59,523 nt of DNA, filler included, from 4 parts of 4 records of this genome joined end to end with filler, not necessarily neighbours in it; one strand, 5' to 3'; shown: positions 46,724-57,864, counted from the first letter of the whole stretch. Notes: generated by a model from the letters alone, not told the origin. Program-made: numbers and translations.

Positions 46724-47722
46724 TTAATTTGTTATTTCATCTACTCTTCTTAAATACTCTTTTTTTAACTCTTCGTCTATAAAAGAAGCATTAAATGAAT
46801 TTTTTACTAACTTGATTATATCCTCTTTTGTTAAAAAAAGGTTTTCATAGATATTAATAAAATTTTGATTTAAATACCCTTTAAAGTATGCAGGGTCGTC
46901 AGAGTTTACTGTTACATTTAATCCCAAGTCTAAAAGTTGTTTAATATTGTGCTGTTTATAGTCTTCGAATACTTTTAATTCAATATTTGAATTTGGGCAA
47001 ACAGTTAAGGGTATTTGCTCTTTTTTTAATCTTTCAACTAACTCATTTGAGTTTATTGCTTGAACTCCATGGTCTATTCTATCTACTTCCAATAAATCTA
47101 AAGCTTCAAAGATATATGAAACATCTGCTTCTTCACCTGCATGAGCAACTATTTTATAACCTTGTTTTTTTGCTTCTTTAAAAAGATTTTCAAATTTTGA
47201 TGGTGGGTTTCCAACTTCCGAAGAATCCAAACCAACACCAATAATATCATCTTTAAAAGGTTTTGCTTCTTCTAAAGTTTTGAACCCCTCTTCTTCACTT
47301 AGGTGTCTTAAAAAACAAAGAATTATATTTGAAGTGATTCCAAAGTTTTTCTTTGCATCATCTAAAGCTTTTTTGATTCCTGTGATTACAGTTTCAAAAG
47401 CGATTCCTCTTTGAGTGTGTGTTTGTGGGTCAAAAAATATTTCTGTATGTATAATATTATCCTCAACACATCTTAAAATATATTCATATGTTAAATCATA
47501 AAAATCACTTTGAGATTGAAGTACATTTGCGCCTGCATAGTAAATATCTAAAAAACTTTGAAGATTTGTAAAGTTGTATGCATCTTTGATTTCTTGTATA
47601 TTTTGGTAAGGTATATTTATTGAGTTTTTCTTTGCAAGTTTAAACATAAGTTCTGGTTCTAGTGAACCTTCAATATGTAAGTGTAATTCTGCTTTTGGTA
47701 ATTTTTTAATAAGTTCTGTCAT
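46724..47722 (-). CDS. Adenosine/adenine deaminase
   Basis: LPKAELHLHIEGSLEPE, AHAGEE, RIDHG, LTVCPNSN, NSDDPAYF. Confidence 0.93.
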   Translation of the reverse strand: MTELIKKLPKAELHLHIEGSLEPELMFKLAKKNSINIPYQNIQEIKDAYNFTNLQSFLDIYYAGANVLQSQSDFYDLTYEYILRCVEDNIIHTEIFFDPQTHTQRGIAFETVITGIKKALDDAKKNFGITSNIILCFLRHLSEEEGFKTLEEAKPFKDDIIGVGLDSSEVGNPPSKFENLFKEAKKQGYKIVAHAGEEADVSYIFEALDLLEVDRIDHGVQAINSNELVERLKKEQIPLTVCPNSNIELKVFEDYKQHNIKQLLDLGLNVTVNSDDPAYFKGYLNQNFINIYENLFLTKEDIIKLVKNSFNASFIDEELKKEYLRRVDEITN

Positions 47723-47855
47723 ATATTATTCCAATCATTTATTTATGTTATTATACTATTTTGAAGTGTTAAAATAGTGTTTAATTTTATTTAAAACTTA
47801 TAAAAACATTTATTTTGATACAATACCACTTTTCAAATTTTAGGAGATATTAAAA

Positions 47856-48116
47856 ATGGATTATATTAAACAGTTAGAAACACTAGTGAGAACTGATGTT
47901 TTAGTTGAAGTTAATAAAGATGTTGAAGAGTTAGAAAAAGAGTATAAACAAAAGAAAAAGAAAGCTATTAAAGAAGAATTAGAATATATGTTGCAAGTTA
48001 AATTATACTTTGATGAAGTTATTATGGATATTGAAAATAATTCTATCACTCAAGAGCAAGCTTTGGATATTTTAGAAGGTCTCGAAGATATGAAAGCAGA
48101 TAATCAAGAGGTATAA
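47856..48116 (+). CDS. Hypothetical acidic coiled-coil protein
   Basis: 86 aa ORF with AGGAG RBS. Confidence 0.75.
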   Translation: MDYIKQLETLVRTDVLVEVNKDVEELEKEYKQKKKKAIKEELEYMLQVKLYFDEVIMDIENNSITQEQALDILEGLEDMKADNQEV

Positions 48117-48248
48117 AATACCTGACTAATTTAATCATATATGTTGTAGCTTAATTTAAATTCTTAATAAAATCTACCAATAGTAGTTTTATTAATTAAT
48201 AAGTAGAATACAAAAATAAAATACCATAACAATCTAGTAAGGTTTAAA

Positions 48249-49331
48249 ATGTTTGAATTTGAGATTTATGAAATAATAAATATACTTGGTTTCTTTTTAG
48301 GATTAGCATTCGGAGCAGTTGCACAAAAAAAACAGTTCTGTTTTAGTGGTTCAATAAAAGACTATATACTAACAAAATCTACAATGAGAGGTTCTTCTGT
48401 TGTAGTGGCTATGATTGTAGCTATTGTTTCAACATTTGTTATCTCTACAATTTATGAATTAGATTTAACACAAACAAGTTATTACAAAGAAAACATAAAC
48501 TATTTTGCAATAATAATTGGTGGTTTACTATTTGGTGTAGGTATGATGTTATCTGATGGATGTAGTAACAGACACCTAATCAAATTTGCACAAGGTGATA
48601 TCAACTCTCTTATTGTTTTAGTTTTTATTGCTATCTTTGGATATTCAACTGCAAAAGGTATGATGGGAGAGGTTTTAAATCCACTTATCATAAACAATGA
48701 AACTTTAGTAAATTGGTCTTCATATATTGGAAATGTTACTATGAACTTTTACTTTATAAGTGCAGTACTTTTAATCTTACTTTATATTCTAGTTAAAAAA
48801 ATCAAAAGACTTCCATCTTTATGGGATGGTGTTATTATAGGTCTTTTTGTTGGAGCCTCTTGGTACATAACAGGAGTGATGGGAGAAGAGAGTATGGAAA
48901 GAATTATTGAACTTACAGGTATTACTTTTGTTTATCCAGCTGCAAAAACAATGGAGTTTTTTACATATTATCAAATCTCTCAATTATCATTTGCTATTAG
49001 TTTAGTATTTGGTGTTCTTGCAGGAGCTTTTTTAATGTCGAAAATTAATAGAAGATATAGCTTTGGTTGTACTGCTTCAAAAGGTCAACACAAATTGAAA
49101 TACAATATTATTGGTGGAAGCTTAATGGGTACAGGTGGAATTATGGCAATTGGTTGTACTGTTGGACAAGGTTTAACAGGTATGTCAACACTTGCTTTAT
49201 CATCACTTGTTGCAATTGTTTCAATCTTTATATCTGCAACTATAACAGCAATTATAATGAACAAAAAAAGCAAACTTCCAATGTGCTTTATCTTTGAGTG
49301 GAAAGACAACACTCCAGATTACCAAATCTAA
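48249..49331 (+). CDS. YeeE/YedE-family sulfur-compound transporter
   Basis: QFCF, GGLLFGVGMMLSDGC, GGSLMGTGGIMAIGCTVGQGLTG. Confidence 0.9.
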   Translation: MFEFEIYEIINILGFFLGLAFGAVAQKKQFCFSGSIKDYILTKSTMRGSSVVVAMIVAIVSTFVISTIYELDLTQTSYYKENINYFAIIIGGLLFGVGMMLSDGCSNRHLIKFAQGDINSLIVLVFIAIFGYSTAKGMMGEVLNPLIINNETLVNWSSYIGNVTMNFYFISAVLLILLYILVKKIKRLPSLWDGVIIGLFVGASWYITGVMGEESMERIIELTGITFVYPAAKTMEFFTYYQISQLSFAISLVFGVLAGAFLMSKINRRYSFGCTASKGQHKLKYNIIGGSLMGTGGIMAIGCTVGQGLTGMSTLALSSLVAIVSIFISATITAIIMNKKSKLPMCFIFEWKDNTPDYQI

Positions 49332-49343
49332 AAACTTACTTTA

Positions 49344-49374
49344 AAAAGTTTACTTGAAGTTCAAGTAAACTTTT
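49344..49374 (+). terminator. Stem-loop after the yeeE-like gene
   Basis: 15-bp IR AAAAGTTTACTTGAA-g-TTCAAGTAAACTTTT. Confidence 0.55.
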
Positions 49375-49387
49375 GTACTCTAAAACA

Positions 49388-50002
49388 ATGAACTGGATTG
49401 CCCATATTTTTTTATCAGAACAAAACACTTACTTTCAAATAGCAAACTATCTTGCTGACCCAATGAAAGGTAAAGCCTGGGAAAATGCAAACACTCAAGT
49501 AATAAAAGGTATGTATGTTCATAAAATAATAGATTCTTTTACAGATAAGCATGAACTTTTTATCAAAAGTAAAAAAAGACTTGGAAAATCTGGATTATTA
49601 AAAGCAGTAGTTATAGATTTGACTTATGACTATTTACTTACAAAAAACTGGGATAAGTTTTCAAACACTCCTATGGATATATTTTTGAATAACTTCTATG
49701 AAAACAGTATAAATATTCTAGATAAAATTCCAAGAACTGCTCAAACTCACCTTTCTAGACTTATTTACAATGATATTTTAAATCAATACCAAACACTAAA
49801 TGACTTAGAAAAAGCTTTTAAAAGAATAGACAATAAACTCTCACAAAGACTTCTAAATAGAGATAATGCAAGTAGATATATCGATGTGGTAAGTTCAAAT
49901 ATAGATGAAATTGAAAAAGATTTTCTTGAGTTTTTTCCACACTTACAAAGTGAAGTAAAAAAACACATTGATACAAAAAATATTTCTCATTGGAAATTAT
50001 AA
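49388..50002 (+). CDS. acpH: ACP phosphodiesterase (AcpH/DUF479 family)
   Basis: MNWIAHIFLS, LADPMKG, HKIIDSFTDKH, DLTYDYLL. Confidence 0.8.
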   Translation: MNWIAHIFLSEQNTYFQIANYLADPMKGKAWENANTQVIKGMYVHKIIDSFTDKHELFIKSKKRLGKSGLLKAVVIDLTYDYLLTKNWDKFSNTPMDIFLNNFYENSINILDKIPRTAQTHLSRLIYNDILNQYQTLNDLEKAFKRIDNKLSQRLLNRDNASRYIDVVSSNIDEIEKDFLEFFPHLQSEVKKHIDTKNISHWKL

Positions 50003-50083
50003 AATTTCTTTTTTCTTTTTGATATTTATTATCAATATTAAGTTCTAAGTATGTATAATTCTTTATTTTTTTGAAGGAATTAT

Positions 50084-51907
50084 ATGAAACTAGGAATAAA
50101 AGTACTTATTTTTATTTCAACAATCTTTTTTGTTGCCTCTTTATTTATCTATTCTATAATAAATGATAACTACAAAAATATTATTAATTTTGAAAATAAA
50201 CTTGTAGACAGCAATATGAAAAAGCTACTTGATAATATCTATCTAAGTAGTGAAACACTTAATAAAACTCTAGAAGTTTATAGTTATGCTCCACACATAT
50301 TAAATCTTTTGAACAACAGTTCAAGTTACGAATTTCAAGGTTTATTTGAAAGAGATGGTTTTACTCATCTATTTTTACTAGATGAAAACAAAAAAATCAT
50401 AAAAGGGGGAGTTTATAATAGAAGCTCAGAAGAGTTTTATGATATAGAAAAAAATTCCAAACTTTTTAAAACAAAGAAAAATTTTCTAATAAAAGATCAT
50501 ATATACTTTACAACTTATGATTTTGAAAAGATTATCTTTTCTGCAATCAAAATTGAAAACCCTAACCTAAAATATAAGTATATTGTTTTAGGAAAAGCAT
50601 TAGATTCAAAATTTTTATCTTTGATTACTAGACTTTCAGATAGTTATGTTTCTATATTCTTTGATTATGATTTTAAAAAAACACATAAAATTAGTAACTT
50701 AAACTATGAATATTTTTATGACATAAATAGAAAAGATTCAAATACACTTTTTACATATATTGGCTTACAAGATTATTTAACAGGTCAGGATTTTTATCTA
50801 TCTATGAAGATTGATAGATTGTATTTTTCTAAAATTATGAATAATAACAAAACAATATTTTATATATTTATAACAGCTTTAATACTTCTTCTTATCTCTT
50901 CATACATTTTTATCACAAAGTTTTTTACAAATAGAATTGAAGTAATTACAAACAATGTAAAAGAAGTATCAAAAAACAGACAGTTAAAAACAAAAATAAA
51001 AATGGATTATAATGATGAAATTACATATTTAGCAAATAAAATAAATGATATGTTAATCTCTATTGATATTTCACAGCATGAAAACTTAAAAAAAGAAAGA
51101 GACTTCTTACAATCTGTAATAGATGCCCAACAAAGCATCATTTTAATAACTGATGGAAATGATATTAAAAGTACAAATAAAAGATTTAATGAACACTTTG
51201 ATTCAACAGAGTTATTTATGACAAATATTGCGCTTCTTGATAAAAAAGTTCATGCAAACTTTATTGAAATAATTAAAAACTATAACTCTTATGATAAACC
51301 AGCAAAAATAAAAGTTAGCGACAACAAAGATGGATACTTTATTTTTGACATCAAAAAAATAGATTTCAAAAACTATATTATAAATATGAATGATGTATCA
51401 AGGATTAGCAAACAACTAAACTCTTTAAAACAAAAAGCAACCTATGACCAACTTACAGATGTTTATAATAAAAGTACAATATTATCAATAGGAAATGAAT
51501 GGTACAAATACAAAGAGTTTGCAACAATTATTTTAGATATTGATTTCTTCAAAAAAATAAATGACACATACGGACATATTTATGGAGATTATATTCTAAA
51601 AGATACAAGTAAAATTCTAAAAGAAAATATTAGACAATTTGATATTGTAGGAAGATTCGGAGGAGAAGAATTTATTATCTTAGTAGAAAATAGCAATATA
51701 GAAAATATTAAACAAATTTGTGAAAATCTAAGGGAAAAGATTCAAAATCATAAATTCCTTTATGATGATATGGCTATTCAAATCACAGCAAGTTTTGGTT
51801 TTGCACTAGCTTCCCAAAGTAAAAGTTTTGAAGAATCATTTAAACTAGCTGATGAAGCTCTTTATTCAGCAAAAAAAACTGGTAGAAATAAAGTTTGCAA
51901 TTTTTAA
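50084..51907 (+). CDS. Membrane-bound diguanylate cyclase (periplasmic sensor, HAMP, GGDEF)
   Basis: Two TMs, DEITYLA HAMP, DQLTDVYN, DIDFFKKINDTYGH..GD, GRFGGEEF. Confidence 0.9.
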   Translation: MKLGIKVLIFISTIFFVASLFIYSIINDNYKNIINFENKLVDSNMKKLLDNIYLSSETLNKTLEVYSYAPHILNLLNNSSSYEFQGLFERDGFTHLFLLDENKKIIKGGVYNRSSEEFYDIEKNSKLFKTKKNFLIKDHIYFTTYDFEKIIFSAIKIENPNLKYKYIVLGKALDSKFLSLITRLSDSYVSIFFDYDFKKTHKISNLNYEYFYDINRKDSNTLFTYIGLQDYLTGQDFYLSMKIDRLYFSKIMNNNKTIFYIFITALILLLISSYIFITKFFTNRIEVITNNVKEVSKNRQLKTKIKMDYNDEITYLANKINDMLISIDISQHENLKKERDFLQSVIDAQQSIILITDGNDIKSTNKRFNEHFDSTELFMTNIALLDKKVHANFIEIIKNYNSYDKPAKIKVSDNKDGYFIFDIKKIDFKNYIINMNDVSRISKQLNSLKQKATYDQLTDVYNKSTILSIGNEWYKYKEFATIILDIDFFKKINDTYGHIYGDYILKDTSKILKENIRQFDIVGRFGGEEFIILVENSNIENIKQICENLREKIQNHKFLYDDMAIQITASFGFALASQSKSFEESFKLADEALYSAKKTGRNKVCNF

Positions 51908-52332
51908 AGAGTTTTTATTAAATATTTTGGTGATTCTTCATAACCTTGCCTAAAATAGAATTTATGTGCATTTTCTCTTCTAGAATGACAATGCACTTCT
52001 ATTCTGTCACACTTTCTTTGTTTTGCAAGTTTTACAGCATGAGATTCTAGTAAATTCCCTATTCCATTACTTCGTAAATCTTTATTTATACAAAAATAGC
52101 TTATTCGGCAAAAGTCACCCTCTAATGCAATTTGAGGAATAAAATGCAAAGAGATAAAACCTACTACTTTCTCTTCAAGTGTTGCTACTAATAATATGTC
52201 ATTTTCACTTTTCAATAATTGCTCAACTCTATTTTCAATGTACTCAGAGCTTCCTTCATAACCTAAAGAATCAAGTAATAAAATCAACTCTTTATAATCC
52301 TTTTTTCGAACTTCTCTAATATCTATATTCAT
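51904..52332 (-). CDS. GNAT acetyltransferase
   Basis: VVGFI, RSNGIG, AHKFYFRQGY. Confidence 0.88.
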   Translation of the reverse strand: MNIDIREVRKKDYKELILLLDSLGYEGSSEYIENRVEQLLKSENDILLVATLEEKVVGFISLHFIPQIALEGDFCRISYFCINKDLRSNGIGNLLESHAVKLAKQRKCDRIEVHCHSRRENAHKFYFRQGYEESPKYLIKTL

Positions 52333-52340
52333 AATAACTC

Positions 52341-53243
52341 CTAAAAATACTTATTAAAAAGTTTTATATCTTCATTTGTTAAAGATAAATTTTCTATTTG
52401 TTGCTTTTGAAGAATAGGATTCATCAAAGCACCATTCTTTTCAATATGAGGAATTCCAACTAAATGTGCAATTTCATGGGCTAAAATAGCTTTTAGTTCA
52501 GACAAACTATTAAACCCATAAATCTCAATTTTATTCATAGAGAGTGTTTGTGTTTTCTCAGTAATAGTTTTAAGACCTAAAGTTTTTCCTCTAACTTTTT
52601 TAAATCCTCTATTTAATTCTTCTAAATTTCTAGCTAAACGATTATATTCTCTAATATAATAATTATATGTAGATACTTTACCATTATATTTTGTAATTTC
52701 TCTTCTTAAACTTGATTGTTTTTTATCAAATCTTTTTATCTCTTTTTGTAGTTTTAATTTTTGGCTTTCAAAATATTTTTTTGCTTTTTCATACTCTTTT
52801 TTATCTAAAGATTTTTTTGAGTTTACATCTTTTATATAAGTATTGAATTGATTTATTTTTTTGTTTAAGATATCTTGCTCTTTTGTTATCTTATCTTTTA
52901 ATCTATTTATAGTTGAATTGTTTTGAGTGAAATATTTTTCTGAAGATTCTATTTGAGAACGCTTTCTTTCAATATTTTTTAATACTCTTTCTATTCTTTT
53001 TTCTAAGCGTGAAGGTGCTAAATAAAGGATATCAATAGTTTTTCCCTCACTTGAATAATCAAAGATATTTTTGCCCAATGTAGTTTCAAATTTATTTTCT
53101 ATATCAATTATTATTTTATATAGCTGTTGAGCAGTAATCTTATCTTTATAAATAGGATCTATTTTTCCAATAGCAATTTTTTCATAAGCTGCGAAAGAAA
53201 GATTATAAAATAAAGTTATTATAAATAATAGTTTTAAAATCAT
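52341..53243 (-). CDS. Matrixin-like zinc metalloprotease with coiled coil
   Basis: HEIAHLVGIPH..ALMNP; signal peptide from ATG 53243. Confidence 0.82.
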   Translation of the reverse strand: MILKLLFIITLFYNLSFAAYEKIAIGKIDPIYKDKITAQQLYKIIIDIENKFETTLGKNIFDYSSEGKTIDILYLAPSRLEKRIERVLKNIERKRSQIESSEKYFTQNNSTINRLKDKITKEQDILNKKINQFNTYIKDVNSKKSLDKKEYEKAKKYFESQKLKLQKEIKRFDKKQSSLRREITKYNGKVSTYNYYIREYNRLARNLEELNRGFKKVRGKTLGLKTITEKTQTLSMNKIEIYGFNSLSELKAILAHEIAHLVGIPHIEKNGALMNPILQKQQIENLSLTNEDIKLFNKYF

Positions 53244-53418
53244 ACTTGATTCTATATAAACTGATATTTGTAGAAGCTTATTTTTACTATTTAACTTTAA
53301 TAAAAAAAGTAGAACTTTTTGTAGCAATTTATATTTTGACAAAAAATTAAACTCCCATATCACAGAAATGTCATCATTTTTTGATATAGTTACGAATAAT
53401 TTAAATATAAGGGTAAAA

Positions 53419-53838
53419 ATGTCAATAAAGAAAAATCAAATAGTTGTTATGAATTATGAAGCAAAAATAAATGATGAAGTAATTGATAGCAATTTAGATG
53501 ATAAACCTATTGAATTTGTTTATGGACTAGGGCAAATAGTACCAGGACTTGAAAGTAAGATTGAAGATTTTGAAATTGGAAAACTTTATAATGTAAAAGT
53601 TCCAGCAATAGATGCTTATGGTGAGTATGATGAGAGTTTAACTCAAACACTTCCAATAAATGATTTCGAAGGAATTGATTTAGAAATTGGTCTAGTTTTA
53701 GAGGGGGAAGAAGAAAACAAAGAAGTTGTAAAAGCAACAGTAATTGATGTTACAAAAGAAAATGTAACTCTAGACTACAACCATCCACTTGCAGGTTGTG
53801 AAATAGACTTTAAAGTTATTATAAAAGCAATAGTATAA
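53419..53838 (+). CDS. FKBP-type PPIase (SlyD-like)
   Basis: GQIVPGLE, DAYG, LDYNHPLAG. Confidence 0.9.
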   Translation: MSIKKNQIVVMNYEAKINDEVIDSNLDDKPIEFVYGLGQIVPGLESKIEDFEIGKLYNVKVPAIDAYGEYDESLTQTLPINDFEGIDLEIGLVLEGEEENKEVVKATVIDVTKENVTLDYNHPLAGCEIDFKVIIKAIV

Positions 53839-54291
53839 TCAACTATTAAGAGTTGTTTGCTTTGTTTGCTCAACTCTTTTTATTAACTCTTTAATAATAG
53901 GGTTTGATGAAAATAAATTATGTTTTAACAAAGGTGAAAATGTAATTTTATTTTCATTTTGAGTATAAATAGTAACTCTCTCTGGATGTAAAAATTGTCT
54001 TTGAGCAACATTTATTATATCTTTAAAATAAACTTTTTTTTCTTTTTTTCCATTTTTAAATAATAAAAAATCTCCACAATCATATACATTATCACAAAGA
54101 TTCCAAATAAGTTTTCTAAATATTATAAAACCTAAACTCGCGATAATCAAAGGTGACACCAGAAAAATAGTGGAATTTTGAAAGGGTTCAGAGATAAATC
54201 CAATAACAATTAATGAAAATATAAAAACTAAAAAATACAAAGGTAAAATTTTTTTATAAAAAAATGTAAGATTTGAAGAGATTTTTTTCAT
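53839..54291 (-). CDS. Hypothetical two-TM membrane protein
   Basis: 150 aa ORF with two hydrophobic segments. Confidence 0.7.
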   Translation of the reverse strand: MKKISSNLTFFYKKILPLYFLVFIFSLIVIGFISEPFQNSTIFLVSPLIIASLGFIIFRKLIWNLCDNVYDCGDFLLFKNGKKEKKVYFKDIINVAQRQFLHPERVTIYTQNENKITFSPLLKHNLFSSNPIIKELIKRVEQTKQTTLNS

Positions 54292-54414
54292 AATAGCCCT
54301 TTGAATTATAATTATTCACTATATAATAGTTTCAATTATTAATGTATAAAACATGTAAACTAATTTTTACCATTAAAATATATATAATAATTATTTATCA
54401 AAGGACTTTTTTTG

Positions 54415-54816
54415 TTATGCTTTGAATTTATCTTTGTAAATCAATATTCCAACTAATATAAAAACAACATTTTTTAGAATATATTGTCCAACAAGTGTGA
54501 AAGCATAAGGGGCTTTTGTAAAACATAATTCAGGTAACACAAAAAATGGTGTAAAAGTTAAAGTCATATGTATAAAAAACAACAAAAATGCATATCTTAA
54601 ATAGAAACCAAAAATTAAACCAAATCCAACTACTACTTCCCAAGTTGCCAAAAGCTTTATAGAAATATCTGCTGGAATCATACCCATAAATAAAACATCA
54701 ATAGTTTTTGTAGCAAGCACCTCTGCAGGGCTCAATTCTGGGAAAAACTTTAATATCCCATACCAAAAAAAGATAATACCTAGTGCAATTCGACTAAGTA
54801 ATAAAATATTTTTCAT
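54415..54816 (-). CDS. DoxX-like membrane protein
   Basis: RIALGIIFFWYGILKFF, GQYILKN. Confidence 0.8.
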   Translation of the reverse strand: MKNILLLSRIALGIIFFWYGILKFFPELSPAEVLATKTIDVLFMGMIPADISIKLLATWEVVVGFGLIFGFYLRYAFLLFFIHMTLTFTPFFVLPELCFTKAPYAFTLVGQYILKNVVFILVGILIYKDKFKA

Positions 54817-54888
54817 AAACTCTCCTTCATTTGAAAGAGAGATTATACTCTTATCTTGCTTATTATTGATAATAGTTATTAATATTAA

Positions 54889-55830
54889 CTATCTATTCTT
54901 GTATTCTAGTATATTTTCAAATGCAATTTTAAAATACAATTCATAATTGTTCTTTTCAACATAACCTAAATGGGGAGTAGCAAGTAGATTTGAAAGTTTT
55001 AGAAGTTTATTTTCTTTTGGAGTTATTGGTTCAATCTCAAAAACATCTAATGCAGCTTTTTTATTTTTGTTTTCTTTTAACACTTCAAATAATGCATTTT
55101 CCTCTACAAGTTCTGCTCTACTGATATTTACAAACAAAGATTCATCTTTCATAAGTTTTAAATCTTCTTTTTTTACTATATGTTTTGTATCTTCATTTAG
55201 CTTTAAATGTAAAGTGATAATATCACATTCAGAAAAAAACTCTTCTTTTGAACTTGCAACTTTAAATCCATTTTCTAATGCCTGTTTTCTAGAAGTTCCA
55301 CTTCCCCAAACTATTACATTCATATCAAAAGCATCTGCAAATCTTGCTATTTTTTTACCAATCTTTCCATATCCCCATATTCCTATAGAGTAGCCATTTA
55401 AAACTTTTCCTAAACCCTTTTCTCCTGAGTCTTGCCAAGAATTATTTTTGAGTTTTTCAATATAATCAAATGTATTTCGCCAAGAAGTCATAATCAAGTT
55501 CCAACAAAGTTCAGCAGGAGCAATTGGGGAACCTTTCCCTTCCATCACTTCTACATTATATTTTTGGCATAACTCTACATTTACATTACTACTTAATTTA
55601 CCAGTTTGACTTATCAACTTTAAGTTAGGTAATCGTTTTAATAACTCTTCAGTGATAACCGTTCTTTCTCGAATTAAAACTAAAACTTCAACATCTACTA
55701 ATTTATCTGCTAATTCAACTACATCTTTATATGTTTTGTTAAGAATAACCGTTTCAAAATCATTTAACAATTTGAAACAGTCCAAGTCTTTTACTACATC
55801 TTGATAATCATCCAAAATGGCAATTTTCAT
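54889..55830 (-). CDS. D-2-hydroxyacid dehydrogenase family protein
   Basis: ILDDYQ, IRERT, GIWGYGKIG, NISRAELV, DVFEIEP, TPHLGY. Confidence 0.92.
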   Translation of the reverse strand: MKIAILDDYQDVVKDLDCFKLLNDFETVILNKTYKDVVELADKLVDVEVLVLIRERTVITEELLKRLPNLKLISQTGKLSSNVNVELCQKYNVEVMEGKGSPIAPAELCWNLIMTSWRNTFDYIEKLKNNSWQDSGEKGLGKVLNGYSIGIWGYGKIGKKIARFADAFDMNVIVWGSGTSRKQALENGFKVASSKEEFFSECDIITLHLKLNEDTKHIVKKEDLKLMKDESLFVNISRAELVEENALFEVLKENKNKKAALDVFEIEPITPKENKLLKLSNLLATPHLGYVEKNNYELYFKIAFENILEYKNR

Positions 55831-56032
55831 CAGTTCTCCTATTATTTGAATATACTAAGTTTATGCTAGAAAAACAAATATATATTTTTTTATATTATGA
55901 TTATATATTTTTAACTTTAAATAAAACACTTAAGAAGATAATTAAATAAAATGATTTAAAAAATATTTTTTATAATGATTTAACTTTCAAATGTTACATT
56001 TCATTTTTAATAATTACAAAGAAGGATTTTTT

Positions 56033-56527
56033 ATGGATAAAATTGGTTTATTTTTTGGTAGTGATACAGGAACAACTGAAGAGATTGTAGAAAAAATCAA
56101 AAACAATTTTTCAAAAGAGATTGAACTACATAATATTGCACAAACTTCAAAAGAGGAGATTGAACAATATGACAAACTGATTTTGGCTTGCCCTACTTGG
56201 GGTGATGGAGATATGCAAGCAGATTGGGAAGATTTTGAAAGCAATCTAGATGATATAGACTTTAGTGATAAAACTATTGCATTAGTTGGCTTAGGTGACC
56301 AAGAAGGTTATGAAGACACTTTTTGTAATGCCTTAGGTCACCTTTACGCTTATGTAAAGGATGGAAATATTATAGGAAAAACATCAACAGATGGTTATGA
56401 ATTTGAAGAATCAACAGCAGTAATAGATGGTGAATTCATTGGTTTAGTTTTAGATGAAGATAATCAAAGTGAACTAACAGATGAAAGAATAAAAAATTGG
56501 GTAAAAGATATAGAGAATTTATTTTAA
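56033..56527 (+). CDS. fldA: Long-chain flavodoxin
   Basis: IGLFFGSDTGTT, PTWGDG, GLGDQEGY..F, GLVLDEDNQ. Confidence 0.92.
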   Translation: MDKIGLFFGSDTGTTEEIVEKIKNNFSKEIELHNIAQTSKEEIEQYDKLILACPTWGDGDMQADWEDFESNLDDIDFSDKTIALVGLGDQEGYEDTFCNALGHLYAYVKDGNIIGKTSTDGYEFEESTAVIDGEFIGLVLDEDNQSELTDERIKNWVKDIENLF

Positions 56528-56612
56528 TAATTAGTAAAAATACTTTTTATTTATCTCTATATAAAAAAAATTTGTTATAGTGTAAGCTATCACAAATAAA
56601 AAAGGAGTCAAT

Positions 56613-57032
56613 ATGGCTATAGAAAACAACCAACAAGTATCAATTCACTATGAACTAAAAGTAGAAGGGGAAATTGTAGATAGTAATATTGGCAAAGATG
56701 CACTTGAATTTACATTTGGTTCAGGTCAAATTATTCCAGGATTAGAAGCAAGAATTGCAGATATGAATGAAAATGATACTAAAGAAGTTAGTGTTCCTGC
56801 GGAAGAAGCTTATGGGGAGTATAACCCAGAAGCAAAACAACTAGTTCCTAGAGAGCAATTTGGTGACTTAGAACTACAAGTAGGAATGCCTCTACAAGGG
56901 CAAGGAGAAGGTGGACAACCTATCCAAGTAATTGTTACAAATATTTTAGAAAACCAAGTTGAAGTAGATTTTAATCACCCACTAGCTGGGAAAAATCTAG
57001 ACTTTACAGTAACAATACAAAATATTAAATAA
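56613..57032 (+). CDS. slyD: FKBP-type PPIase SlyD (no His-rich tail)
   Basis: GQIIPGLE, EEAYGEY, VDFNHPLAGKNL. Confidence 0.85.
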   Translation: MAIENNQQVSIHYELKVEGEIVDSNIGKDALEFTFGSGQIIPGLEARIADMNENDTKEVSVPAEEAYGEYNPEAKQLVPREQFGDLELQVGMPLQGQGEGGQPIQVIVTNILENQVEVDFNHPLAGKNLDFTVTIQNIK

Positions 57033-57056
57033 TTCATTGGGGTTTTCCCCTTTGAA

Positions 57057-57371
57057 CTATTTATAAAAAATAGCTAACCAAATAGTTGTTTCATCTTTTG
57101 AAGTATAATCAACTCTATGTTTTACTTTTGAAGAGATATTAATATAATCACCCTCTTTTAATGAAACTTTTTTGTCTTTGAACTCTATTATTGCAGAGCC
57201 TTTTAAAACAATAACAAATTCATTTTCGTCTTGCTCGTACCAAAAATCTTTTGGTGAATTTTGTCCATTTGATACTATTTTTTCTATTCTTACATTTTTT
57301 GAATTTATCAAATCAATAAATTGTTCATTTTCTTTATCAACTTTTATATTATCAAAAATATTTTCTAACAT
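57057..57371 (-). CDS. Cupin-domain protein
   Basis: VRIEKIVSNGQ..FWYEQDENEFV..G..KHRV..TIWLAIF. Confidence 0.88.
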   Translation of the reverse strand: MLENIFDNIKVDKENEQFIDLINSKNVRIEKIVSNGQNSPKDFWYEQDENEFVIVLKGSAIIEFKDKKVSLKEGDYINISSKVKHRVDYTSKDETTIWLAIFYK

Positions 57372-57376
57372 CTACC

Positions 57377-57778
57377 CTACTCTTTATCAAAACCATCAAC
57401 AATAATTGCTCCCATAGAAGCTGGCATAGATATTACAATCATTCTTTTTATTGCTAATATGGTTTCATCTATCAAGGGAAGTTTATTTATAGAAAGCAGG
57501 ATTAAAAAAACCACAACTAGTGCAATCAAATATGCAATAATCACCCTAAAAATAAATGCGAATTTTCTTTGTTTTATATCTCCTTGGAAAATACTTTGAT
57601 AAGTATAAAAACCCAAAAAACAAAAAGATAAGAGAAGAAGTAAAGAAAGATTGAAAAATGGTAGTGTTTCACTCAATCTCCATGCTTCTTCTGAAAAAGA
57701 AATTGGTATTGCCAATGCAAAAGAACCAATTATTATTTGGCTGACATCTTCTAAGTTAAATCTCAAACTTCTAGACAT
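57377..57778 (-). CDS. DUF2391-like membrane protein
   Basis: EDVSQIIIG..PISFSEEAW, PASMGAIIVD. Confidence 0.75.
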   Translation of the reverse strand: MSRSLRFNLEDVSQIIIGSFALAIPISFSEEAWRLSETLPFFNLSLLLLLSFCFLGFYTYQSIFQGDIKQRKFAFIFRVIIAYLIALVVVFLILLSINKLPLIDETILAIKRMIVISMPASMGAIIVDGFDKE

Positions 57779-57864
57779 AGTTTATTCTCTTTAATTATTT
57801 ATTTTAAAGATATAATTATCTTGATTAAACTATGCTTTTAAAGCTTGATAAACCAAAAGGTATA

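Noticed and set aside
55969-55992. Possible Fur box upstream of flavodoxin (TATAATGATTTAACTTTCA)
   Set aside because: Biologically plausible but only a partial match in very AT-rich DNA.
53419-57032. Two SlyD-like paralogues 3 kb apart
   Set aside because: Divergent ordinary paralogues with no sign of recent duplication or special organisation.
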